From a virus: a DNA stretch of 64,000 nt. The translations under genes were made by a program, and so were the position numbers. Positions 21,143 through 33,400 of the stretch are shown here, piece by piece (position 1 is the first letter of the stretch; each line of letters opens with the position of its first letter). The DNA is taken from the IMG/VR virus record IMGVR_UViG_3300047369_000650, positions 32,001 to 96,000 of that record. One strand, 5' to 3'. The notes under the pieces were generated by a model that was given only the letters and a program-made list of their open reading frames with translations, was not told the DNA's origin and ran no database searches.

Positions 21143-21388
21143 ATGTCTGGTATAAAACTAGTATCAAACCGAACAATTATAAAAAAGATTACTGTAGGAA
21201 CTCCGATTTTTACAACCAAGCGTGTTCAACTTCGTGCTAGTTTAGGTGATATTACTGATGTGGATGTTTCAGAAACAGATACAGATGATCCTAATCTTTT
21301 AGGTTTAGCAAATGGGCATGTTTTAGTTTTTAATTCTATTACAGAAAAATATGAAAGTCAAGAACTAGATGGAGGGGATACCTTCTAA
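21143..21388 (+). CDS. Small tail accessory hypothetical protein
   Basis: LGDITDVD...NGHVLVFNSITEKYE...LDGGDTF pattern; GAGGTG SD. Confidence 0.6.
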   Translation: MSGIKLVSNRTIIKKITVGTPIFTTKRVQLRASLGDITDVDVSETDTDDPNLLGLANGHVLVFNSITEKYESQELDGGDTF

Positions 21389-21394
21389 AAAGTA

Positions 21395-21402
21395 TATAAA
21401 TA
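21395..21402 (+). promoter_or_regulatory. T4-type late promoter
   Basis: Exact TATAAATA in an intergenic gap. Confidence 0.8.
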
Positions 21403-21437
21403 CTATTAATTCAGAATTTATCAAGGTTTGATCTAGT

Positions 21438-24400
21438 ATGGCAACTTTCAGCACCATTAGAATAAAAAGATCTGCTACACAGGCAGCGCCAAGTACACTT
21501 AAAACCGGCGAATTAGCATATTCTTCATTAGACTCTTCAAGAGCACTTTTTATTGGTGTTGGCAATCCTATTGATTCATCAGGAACTGCTCCACGCATTG
21601 CAAAAATAGGTGGTGAGTATTTAACAGCACTTCAGCCAGATTCTACTGGTGTTAATCAATCTTTAAGATTCTTAATAGCAGGTGATAGTCGTGATCTTGA
21701 TTATCTAAGACTTAATAATGAATTTATAGTTCCTACTGGTACTACTGCTGAAAGACCAGCTGATGTAACTGGGTCAATTAGATTTAATACTCAAGATACC
21801 ACATTTGAAGGATATGATGGTAATGTATGGAGTGGTCTTGGCGGAGTAAAAGATGTTGATCAAGATACATATATTATTGCAGAACTAACTCCGGGTAGTG
21901 ATGAAGATACATTACAATTCTATACTGCTGGAGAAAAAAGATTTTCAATTACAGACTCTGGGCAATTAGTTGCTGCTTCTGGATATTCTCCAGATAGCTC
22001 TCAGTCTCTTGTTACAAAAATTTATACTGATAACGTAAAAGCTGGTACTCCATTAGATGGTGCTTGGGATGATGGTGCATACAAATTCTTTAACGATGAT
22101 GATAGAGTAACCGATGTTCTTGATGGATTAAATGAAGCAATTAACAATGTAAGAAATAATGCCTTTTGTAGAGACCTTACTTTTGTTGCTTCTCCAACTG
22201 CAGCTGGTGCAGGATTTACCGCAACAATGACAGTAACAAATGATGGTACACCAAATAGATATGATATTGATTGGGGTGACGGCACTATTGATTCAGCAGT
22301 AACTGCAACAAATCCAACTCATCAATATATAGATCCTTTATCAAGCCCTGCTACAGTTACTGTAAGAGCATGGCATACAGATGGTGTTGGAACCGGTAGT
22401 GAAGCAACAAGAACAAATACAGATTATATTACAATATACACTCCAGATCCTGATGCACAGTTTACTCTTCATAGGCAAGAACCAGCAAACTCCTTTGCAT
22501 TAACAGGAAATGATTTATATGCTATTGAGGGTCAAGATTTATGGTTAAATAATTTAACGACAAATACAAACGTATCTGATAAAAATGGACCAGCAACAGT
22601 TGCTTATACTATGGATTGGGGTGATGGATCAGCCATAGAAAATATCACTGATAATTCTGGTGCTGGTGGCGCATTAGGATCAAGATTATCACATACGTGG
22701 CCCGCGGGCAGTGCTACAGGTACCGGTAAAGATACCTTGACATTTTCCTTAGTAACTCATACTACAGCAGATCCTACTTTAATACCAGAAACCGCAACCA
22801 CTCAATTAAAAGTTTATGATCCAAATATTGCCGCACCTCAAGGCTTAAATACAAAGACTATTTCATTTACAGGTAGTGTTGGAGATAGCCCTAGACTTGC
22901 AGTAGGATTTACAGACAATAGTTCGGGTGGCGGTCCAGTAGCAGGTCAAAGTGTTGATCGTGTAACACAGTCTTCAGGCAATGTTGCAACAACTATAACA
23001 TCTTCAGGCATTGCTCACAGCGGAAATTCTGGAGTATTAACTTCTGTGATTAATAATTCTATTGATGGTTCTGTTACCTTTACTACCGATAATCAAAACG
23101 GAACATATAATAGTTTAGTTGTATCGGATAATGTTGATTATAATTTATTTAATGCCGCAGGACAACCCACATCATTTAATACTAGCATCTACCATCCAGA
23201 ACTATATCAAGGATTTAAAGCAAAAATTACTAAAAATGCCACATTGTTACCTACTGGTTTAAATAGTTATGTTATTACTCACTCTCAGACTGGTTCAACC
23301 AATGAATTATTTTTTGCTAAAGACGATAATACAAATACTCCTACATTAACAGGCGGCACTCTTACTGAAAATGCAGCTGGAACATATAAGTACATAAGTG
23401 GCATTCCGCATTATACAACTGGTTCATCTTTAAATTTATCCGGATTAAATATAGCAGACTTTATTGGTCAAACTTATCAACAAACAAATAGCCCCTTTCA
23501 GGTTTCTTCTGGAACTACAGTTTTTGGAAGTGGTAATGCTATTAGTGACCAATATTATAGATATGATCAAATAGATGGAACATCATCATTTTTATCTTCA
23601 GGAACTCCTACTATTAATGTTGGCACTTCATCACCATATGCACTGGGTAGTGTTTCCGTTTCTATAACAAGCGGAAGTTCAACTCGTTCTATGCAAAAGA
23701 TTAAAGCCAGATCAAGAAATCCAAACGGGTGGGGTTCTTATAGAGAAATGCCAGAAAATATTTTAGTTCATACTGCATCACAACAAGGGATTAGTGAAAT
23801 AGCAATTAATGTGGATAATAATTTAGGATTTGGATTTGATGACGACGGCATTCGCATTTTTGACTTCAGTTCTGAAGTTATAAATACTCCTAGTTATACA
23901 AGTTCAACTAATTTTTATACTAATAATGTTTATAGTGAATCAGCTGATCCAGGAGTCCAAGGTACACAAGAAGCCACTTTAAGTTTTGGTGTTATACAAC
24001 ACGATTTAACTGATTATAGTGGTGGTTATTTACCTGCAGGACCTAACAGATCTGGAGATACTGGAACACAATATTTTACATTTGCGTTTAGAAGAACGGT
24101 TGTGCCAAACTTTAATATTAATATAACCAGTACAACAGGAGTTGAAGGTATTTTTATAGCAGCACCAGGAACAGCAATAGATAATTATAGCACATTAAAC
24201 GGTTGGTTAGATTGTTCTATCCAAGCAAATGATGGTGGTGTGCCTGGAGCAAATTTAGGAGCTGGCGGTAACGGAAGCAACGGTTGTGCTAAAACTGGTA
24301 GTGATAGAATAATTGCAAATACCGCTTTAAGCGGATCTTACTTAATGACACTCGGTGAAGAAAATTTAACAAATGCTACAGGGAATGTAGGATTAGTTAG

Positions 24401-24449
24401 AATTGCATTATCTGCTAATCAAAAAATAACATCTTTGAGTATTTCATAA
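21438..24449 (+). CDS. Tail fibre/structural protein with Mtd-N/gp34-like N-terminus and PKD-like domains
   Basis: IRIKRS...PSTLKTGELAY; PTGTTAERP...GSIRFNT...FEGYDG; two IDWGDG/MDWGDG PKD motifs. Confidence 0.7.
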   Translation: MATFSTIRIKRSATQAAPSTLKTGELAYSSLDSSRALFIGVGNPIDSSGTAPRIAKIGGEYLTALQPDSTGVNQSLRFLIAGDSRDLDYLRLNNEFIVPTGTTAERPADVTGSIRFNTQDTTFEGYDGNVWSGLGGVKDVDQDTYIIAELTPGSDEDTLQFYTAGEKRFSITDSGQLVAASGYSPDSSQSLVTKIYTDNVKAGTPLDGAWDDGAYKFFNDDDRVTDVLDGLNEAINNVRNNAFCRDLTFVASPTAAGAGFTATMTVTNDGTPNRYDIDWGDGTIDSAVTATNPTHQYIDPLSSPATVTVRAWHTDGVGTGSEATRTNTDYITIYTPDPDAQFTLHRQEPANSFALTGNDLYAIEGQDLWLNNLTTNTNVSDKNGPATVAYTMDWGDGSAIENITDNSGAGGALGSRLSHTWPAGSATGTGKDTLTFSLVTHTTADPTLIPETATTQLKVYDPNIAAPQGLNTKTISFTGSVGDSPRLAVGFTDNSSGGGPVAGQSVDRVTQSSGNVATTITSSGIAHSGNSGVLTSVINNSIDGSVTFTTDNQNGTYNSLVVSDNVDYNLFNAAGQPTSFNTSIYHPELYQGFKAKITKNATLLPTGLNSYVITHSQTGSTNELFFAKDDNTNTPTLTGGTLTENAAGTYKYISGIPHYTTGSSLNLSGLNIADFIGQTYQQTNSPFQVSSGTTVFGSGNAISDQYYRYDQIDGTSSFLSSGTPTINVGTSSPYALGSVSVSITSGSSTRSMQKIKARSRNPNGWGSYREMPENILVHTASQQGISEIAINVDNNLGFGFDDDGIRIFDFSSEVINTPSYTSSTNFYTNNVYSESADPGVQGTQEATLSFGVIQHDLTDYSGGYLPAGPNRSGDTGTQYFTFAFRRTVVPNFNINITSTTGVEGIFIAAPGTAIDNYSTLNGWLDCSIQANDGGVPGANLGAGGNGSNGCAKTGSDRIIANTALSGSYLMTLGEENLTNATGNVGLVRIALSANQKITSLSIS

Positions 24450-24458
24450 GGATCGAAT

Positions 24459-27400
24459 ATGTCAATAAGTGACAATCAAAAGTTAGACTTTCTGTGGAAA
24501 AAGCTCGGTTACGGAGCAACTAAGACAGACGTTAATTCCGTTAAGACCGCTACAAACGAGTCTATTCCAAGCCCGCTTCTTTTAAGCGGAACAGGTCTTT
24601 GGACAGATGCATATCAAATTCCAACTCTAATACCAAGCGCAAGTAGCCATATTGTTGAAATTTATGATGATACTGGTAATGGCTCCACTACTGTAGAAAC
24701 AGTAGAAGATACAACAGCAACACCAAATAGAACATGGAAAACAGGTTTAACCAATTGGATTCCACCACAGTTTGGATCTACTTATGCAATAAAAGTTTAT
24801 ATTGCTCCTACAGGTACTGCGGATCCTCAGACTTCAGGAACAAGAATTTTTGCTGCAGGTTCTGGTAATAACGATGAATTTTTCTTTGATTATCAGTCTG
24901 GTGTTCTTAATTTTATTGGTACAAATCTTCCATCTGGTATAGACGGTAATGAAATATTTATTGTTGGTGGTAGATATATCGGTAAAACTGGTAATAGATT
25001 TACTGCTCTTTATGCAGATTCAGCTGATATTGGTCATGCATTTATTGATTCAGCCGATATTGATATGGCTGACATTATTACTGCCTATATTGATAGTGCA
25101 GATATTTTACATGCGATTATTGATTCAGCGGATATTACTCTTGCTAAAATTACAAATGCAACTATTGACTCTGCTTATATAAAATATGCCGATATAGATC
25201 ATACAGATATTGATTCTGCTGATATCACTTTAGCCGATATTATAACTGCAAATATTACAACTGCTAACATAAACTATGCAGATATTGATTCCGCTGACAT
25301 AGATTTAGCTAAGATTATAACTGCAAATATTGATTCCGCTGATATAGGGCACGCTTATATTGATAGTGCTGAAATTGGTGTTTTAAATATTACTGGACAA
25401 ATAAATGGTCCACAAGATTTTATTATTGATCCTGCTGCTGTTGGTGATAACACTGGTAGAGTTATTATTAAAGGTGATCTACAAGTAGATGGTACTGAAA
25501 CAATTGTTAATTCTACTACTGTTACTATTAATGATAAAAACATTGTTCTTGCAGATTCAGCTCAAGATTCAAGTCAAGCCGATGGGGCTGGTATTACAGT
25601 ATTTGCAGCTAATGCCAAAATAACATATGAAGCAGCTCAAGATCGTTGGGTATTTAATAAAGATATTGATGCTCCAGCAATATATGCTGATAGTGGTATT
25701 ATAACATATCTCACGTCAACGTATGGAACAATTCAATATTTAACAAGCGATAGTGCTACTATAGGCAATATTACTTCAACAAACATTGATACTGTTAATC
25801 TTGATGCTGATAGTGGTACAGTCACTAACTTATATTCATCAACAGGAGTAATAGTTAATCTTACTTCATCTAATGGCGTTATAACTGTTCTTGCCTCAAA
25901 TTATGCAGATATTGATTCAGCTGATATAGATCAAGCAAGAATTTTAAAAGCAACCATTGATTCGGCTGGAATAGAATATGCTGATGTCGACAGTGCCGAT
26001 ATTGATGTACTTCGTGTTAAAGAGTTAACAGTAGATAGATTATATGCAGGATATGCAGATATTGATTCTGCTGACATAGATGTTCTTAGATCACTACAGA
26101 TTTCTGTAGATAGTGCAGGTATTAAATATGCAGATATTGATTCTGCTGATATTGAATTGGCTAAAATTGTTGGTCTTAATGCAGATAGTGCTAATATCAC
26201 AAACCTTACAGCTTTTGATGCAGATGTAACAGATTTATTTGCTAATCAAGGTGTTATAACAACACTTATATCACATTTTGCAGATATTGATTCGGCTGAA
26301 ATTGAGATTGCTAAAATTACAGGATTAACTGCTGATAGCGCCCATGTAACAGGTAATCTAACAGTTGGTGGTGATCTTACTGTAGCAGGTAATGCCACCA
26401 TTAGATCCGATGTTGGTGGAAATATTTATCTTGGTGATAGTAATGAAGATAATATTGTATTTAGCGGCGACATTAATTCTCATCTAATACCTAATACAAC
26501 TGAAACATTTAATCTTGGTAGTTTAGATAAAAGATGGAGAGACTTATATCTCTCTGGTCAGTCGATTTATTTAGGTGGGTTAATACTAAAAGAGTCAGAC
26601 GGTAAATTTGTAATTTATGATTCCGCTGGTAATCTTACTGACATTTTAGCTAAAGATATAACTGCTCAAACTTTAAATATTTCAGACAGTGCTTTTATCC
26701 AAAGATTTAGTGCCGATAGCGCAGTTATTCAATATCTAAAAGTTGGTCAAAGCTTAACTGTTACTGGCGATGGACTACAGTCAAATCAAATTACAACAGA
26801 TAGACTAAATGCGGGATTTGCTGATATAGATTCGGCAGAGATTGATGTTTTAAGAACTGGTAATCTAACAATAAGCGGAGACGGTATTACAACTCCATAT
26901 ATTAGTGCAGACTCTGCTGATATTGGTGTTTTAAGAATTGACTCTGGTAATTTTGAACATGTTATTATTGACTCAGCCGATATTAATGGAGCTTATATTG
27001 ATTCGGCAACAATAAGAAATTTATATATTAGTGGATCACTTTCTGGCGTAGGATTATCTGGGTTCATTCCTACCGCTGTTGGTGTAATGGATGCAAACGG
27101 TAGTTTAACTTCAGATTCGGGTTTAACATATAATGTAGATACAAATGATCTTACCGTACAAAATAATGTAATTGCAAAAGATGTAAAAATAACATCACTT
27201 TATCCGGGTTATATTTTAACTTCAGGTGCTAATGATTCAGTTGGTTTTACTGAAGGTCTTAAGTATGGTAATCATACTAGTGATATTATATCAAACGATG
27301 GTTTTGCTACATCTTTCCAAAAACTATATGATTCAGGATATTATAGATTTAATATCGATGATAATACTGGTAAACTTATTAATACGGGTGATGTACAACT

Positions 27401-30400
27401 TGGAAGATTTACAGATGCCGAGTTTGGAACATATTATGCACCATCATCTTGGACACTGCCAACCAATATTTCCGCACCAAGAGATTTTTATGGTTTAGAA
27501 ATATTTACTGATTCGGCTAAACTTGTATCAACTGCTCATACTAATATTTTTAAATCATCATTAAATAAAGATGGTATTGGTGCAGATTCAAATATAATTG
27601 AAGTATTAAGTCGTGAAGATAGTACACTCTTTGAAGTAAGAAAAGACGGATCTATAAACTTTACCGGAGATATCTATAAAAATGGCGACGTGTTTACTGG
27701 TGGTGGCATCTTTATTAAAGATGAGCCAAGTGGAGATGCAGCATATAATGTAGATCCTAGCAATGTAACTGATACAGTAGCTTTAGCACTTAAACTAACC
27801 GATGGTGTTACACCGTATGCTTATGGTAGAGTTGCTATAGGCACAGACACTCCAAAATATAAACTAGATGTTGTTGGTGATATATCTGTTAGAGGTCAAA
27901 TTGATTCTAACGTAAACTGGGCCGTATTAAAAGCTGGAGCAATTGCTCCGACATTTGATGAGTTTGTGGATGAAAGTGATGGTTCCAGATTTAGTTATAT
28001 AACACCGATTGGTGCAACTAGAGGTGGTTATTTTAGAGGTGGCTTAAATGGAGACTATCATTCTAATAATATAGGTCTATTCTCTACAGCATTCGGCGAG
28101 GCAACTAGAGCTGCTGGAATTGCATCATTTGCTGTTGGTTCTTTAACAGAAGCTGGTGGTAATTATTCAATAGCATTAGGTAAAAATGCTAGAACAAATG
28201 GTGCAAATACTGGTGCTATTCTTATAGGTACTGATGCTACTGTTGATTCTTCTACTGCGGCAGGGTCTTCTAATTATTCAATTGGTATAGGTTATGATGT
28301 TACCGTATTTGGTACTAATGCATTAGCCATAGGTGCTGAAAATTCAACAAATGGTAATCAGTCAGGTACATTTGGTTATAATAATAATATAGGCACTTCT
28401 TCAAGTAGAACTGCAACTGCTGGTTCATATGCAATAGGTACAGGAAATACGGTAGAAGCTGCTGGTTCATATACAATAGGTAGTAACAATACTCTAAAAG
28501 GTAATCCATCATTTGCCTTTGGTGGAGCCAATGTTGTTGAAGGCGCCAATGCATTCTCGATAGGTATACAAAATTCAGTATATGGACCTAGTGGTATTGC
28601 TATAGGTACTGATATTAGAATCGATTCAAGTGCATCAAATGCTATCGGCATCAACTTAAATGCCTCAAACTCTATGAATGTTGCTGATCCAAGAATTTTA
28701 AGTATTCAAAATGGTAACGTAATTATTGGAGACTCCGCTCAAAAATTTAGTAATGATGATGGTAATCTTTATGTTAAAGGTGATATTATTCTTGCCGGTG
28801 AAGTTCTTCAAGAAGGAGCTCCAGGTGTTTTCCAAAGTACAACACCATTTGTTGATGGCGGCACTGAAGTAACCTATCAAGTTTTAGATCCTGAAGGAGT
28901 ACCAAAGCCATTAGGTATTAACAAAGAGCCATCTTTCTCTTTGGATGTTGCAGCACAAGATGGTTTTGCAGTGTCTGGTATTACAGATGGTGCATTTACT
29001 ATAGCAGATAGCGCTCTAATTGATTCAGCACCATTTGTTGGTGGCGCCGATCAAAACTTCTTAGTATATCTTCCAGCACTAGAAGCCTTTAGAGTTGGTA
29101 AATTTACAGACTATGAAGAACAGCTTGCAAATGATAAAATAGGTCTAGGTTCTATTGCACTAGGGAAAGATAATTCAGTATCTGGTCTCTATAGTACTGC
29201 ATTAGGTAATAATAATACAATACCTAGAGGTGGAGATGCTTCACTCACTAGCACTAAGGGTAGTTATATAACATTCTTAGGCAATAATAATATATTTGAT
29301 AGTGAAGCTATTGGATCTAATAATTATGTTTTAGGTGAAGATAATATTATAAAAGGCACTACCACAGACACAGTCTTAATCGGTAGAAATATTACGGCTA
29401 CTGATCTTACTCGCCAAATTATAATGAAAACAGCAAATGCGGGCGATAGTGCACTTGATAATACTAAAGTTGCAATCGGTAAAGATTCCGCTACATATGC
29501 ACTTGATGTTCGTGGTACAATTAGAGTTGATAGTGGTGCTACAATGTACTTCGGCTCTAAAACAATTCAAGATTATCTTGGGTTTGGTGTTCCGCAACCA
29601 GTAGGAGCAGGTTTTGGCTCGGGCACTGCGATCGCAAATGGAATTGATTCCATACAGTTTGATCATACTATTGATGCCATTAATAATGTAGCAAGAGTTA
29701 AAGTACCATATGATCATCAGTTATATATTGATCCAACTATGGCACCAGACTTAACGAAAGCCATACAACTTGATAACATTCTTCTAACTGAACTAACTAC
29801 AAAATCTGGTAACGATTTAGATACAATTTTCTATTTTGCCGATCCTATTGACTCATTCCAGTTTGCATTACGCAGGGATTCACATGAGGGCCCACCAGTT
29901 ATATCTACTGGTACAATAGATAGTAATATTTCTATTGTTGATGGATTTGATTTCGGAGATAGTGGCGACTTAATTATTGTTCCATATACTGCTCCTAGAA
30001 TTATTAGCCCAGATTTAAATGTTGCTGGTAATCTTGTTGTTGGTGGAGACGGAACAAATCTTAGAGTTGATTCGAATGGTGTCTCATTTAATAATGATCT
30101 AGCATTTACAAGTAAAAAAGGTGGTACATCATTTAGATTTGATTCTGCTGGTATTACGGTTGGCGGTAGTTTTGCTCTAGGCGGTAATAGTGTTACTATT
30201 GGAGGTTTATCTTTTGATAGCCATGTTATTAGACCTGGTAACTTACTAACCAATTTTATAGATACAGACTATGTTCAAGAAAGACTCTCCGTTGATGCAA
30301 ATTGGGTTGTTAAATCCGATGCCTTAGTTTATAATCCGTCAGGTATTAAGAAAATAATATTAGGTGGTCTTGGTGTAGGAGATTTAACATCTACTCAACT

Positions 30401-33400
30401 TCTTGAGCATAGCTTTGCAACTGATGTAAGAGGTAACGGTAAAGCACCATTAGTATTTAAAGAAACTACTGGTAAAGCTATTGATGATGCTTTAGGTCAA
30501 AGCCCGATTAATATTATTAATAGTGCGGGTGTTGCAAGAGCTTGGCCAAATGCAGATTATCTTTCAAATATTATTGATCCAACATATATCAACAGTAGAG
30601 TCGTAATTGATGGTAATACGATTGCTAACTTTATAGATGATACCTATGTTAAAAGTATTGTTGATAGTGCATATATTCTTTCTGCAGCAAATGATAGTTC
30701 AGAGTGGCAAAGAACTAGTGATACACTATTCTTCGGTACTTATCCAAATGTACAAAATGTTAAAGTCGGTATTGGAACAGATAATCCACAAACTAAATTT
30801 CATGTTACAGGTGTCGGTAGATTTGATAGTGGATTAACAGTAACTGGTGGACCAGTTAATATATCTGGAACACAAATTACTGTTGATAGTGATTATTTCT
30901 ATCAGATTACTCCATCAATTCTTACAGATAATATTGTAACAATTAATAATGGTACACTACTTACATTCTTGAATAATGATACGGATTCACAGTTTGTTAC
31001 TTATACTATGGGCGGCGAAGATGAAAGATTTATTGATGTATATAGAACAGATAGTTTAGGTGCAACTCAAGCAGTATCGCCTTTAGACTATGAAATTATA
31101 GGTTCTTCCTTTATTATTAATAGATCAGCAGTTGATTCGGCTGATAGTGATCTTAATTTAAACTTTAGAACATTACCATCAAATATAGTATTCTCTGGAG
31201 CTGATCTTAACGGCGATACTCTTAATATTAATACAACATACAGTAGTGGTGTTCTTTTAGATTCACAACAGAATCCGAAAGCTGGTTATGGCGGAACATT
31301 TACTGCAGTTAATTCTGGACAAGTAAGTTTTACTGATCATAGTTCATTACAATTAGGTGATGTATTTAGAGTTGATGATAAATCTCCTAAGATTACAACA
31401 TCACTATCTCTAACTGGTCCTACATCATTAACTGGCAATCTAACAGTTAATAATGGTTATGCAACAACTCTTGATACTTTAATTGCTAATTCTATCACAT
31501 CGTCTTTAACTACATTTACGGGTCCTGTGGTTGTAGATAGTTCTACAGTATCATTTACCTTTGACTCAAATGTCACAATGTACTATGGCCCTGGTAGTTT
31601 ATCATTTGATTCAAATATTGAAAGAATTGTTGATTCAAATTATATCGGTAATAGACTTCAGGGAATCTGGAGTTTTAATAATGATGCTTATGGTAATCAG
31701 CAGATTTATTATGATGATGGTGGTGCAGTTGTTATCGGCGAACCAGAAGATATGGTTGCTGGAGACAGTGATACTAAGCTATTTGTAAAAAGTGGCAATG
31801 TTATCTTTAGACATGGTGATTGGGATAGCGCAAATGTTGCGGTAACAACTCCTGGAGTGATTCCTGATTTTAGTACAAATACAAGATACGGCGATAATGC
31901 TGGTGCTAGACTTATGTGGATTCCACAACGTGGAGCATTTAGAGTTGGCGCAGTAGACGGTGTTGATGTAGATTGGGGCGATGAAGAAGTAGGAAGAGCA
32001 TCTGTTGGTATTGGTTATAATACTAGAGCAGCAGATTATTCTATTGCATTAGGTTATGATATTAAAGCCGGTAATCATATACTAAACAAGATAAATTCGG
32101 TATCTATAGGTCATACTGTTAATAACCAGTCAGATGGTGCTGTTGCTGTAGGTTCTAATATATCACATAGCCAACTGTATTCAGGATCTGTTTCTATTGG
32201 TGAAGGAATAGTTAATAATAATAGAGCTGATGGTACAGCAATCGGTAAAGACATTTCCACTAATAGTGGAGTGTCTATCGGTAAAACAGTATCTACTGTT
32301 AATTCTGCAACTAGTGTATCTATTGGTTATAACCAACGAGCCAATACTAATTCAACATCTATAGGTAAATCTTCAGGATCTAATAACAGTGGCGTAAGTA
32401 TTGGTTCTTCAGCAACATCAAATAATTCTACTAGTGTAGGTAACAATGTATCTTCATCAGTCGGTGGTACTACTATTGGCGTGAGCTCATCTACATCAAA
32501 CGGCGGCGTTGCAATAGGTAATAATGTTAGTGGTGGAAATCGCGGTAAAGCAATAGGTGCATCTCTTAGTGCCAACCAGGGTGCTACTGTAATTGGTACT
32601 TCATCGAATGCAGATTATAGCGCAATATCAATTGGTGTTTCTAATGATATAAGACGCGGTAGTGTTGGCATCGGTTCTTCAAATAAAGCTACACATCCAT
32701 ATGGTGGTTCTACCTTAATCGGTAAATCAAATACGGCAACATCAAATAATGTTACTATTGTAGGTCAAAATAACTCTGGTGGAGGTTTTTATGGTGGCCA
32801 AGCAATCATAGGTAGAGACAATACAGGTAACTCTAGTAAAGGTCTTATAGTAGGTAGATCAAACACGGGACATAATGCTAATTCTGCTACTAGCAATTAT
32901 ACAATATTTGGATGGGCTAATGTAAATAATAGCCCAGCGTCTAATAGGTCTACTACATCCGGCGGTCCTGTTCGGATTTTCGGTAATAGCAATAGTACTA
33001 ATGCCGGAAGTAATATATATGGTTCTTCAAATACCGATAATAAACAGGTAACCATTTATGGTAATAATAATACAGGTTCCATAGGTCCGAGCGGAACCAG
33101 TTATATCTATGGTACTAATAACGTCATTACTCGAAACGGTATGTTATTTGGTGCAAACAATACTGCAACTGATACTGGTTATGCATTCGGTGTCGGTAAT
33201 ACTACTGCTAATGGTGGCTACTCTTACGGTAAAGGTAATACAACCACATTAGGTGAAGGTTATGCATTTGGTTATAATAATACAACTGATGGAACGTCTG
33301 GCACTGACGAACCTATGGCCTTTGGTCATAATATTACAGCATCATCCGGCGGCCTTGGGTTTGGTGAAAATCTAACAGTATCCAATGGTGGTTTAGGTTT

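Noticed and set aside
25005-27030. Qnr/MfpA-type pentapeptide DNA-mimic (gyrase inhibitor)
   Set aside because: The repeats are embedded in a 4,062-aa late structural protein and use Ile with interruptions; a fibre shaft is more parsimonious.
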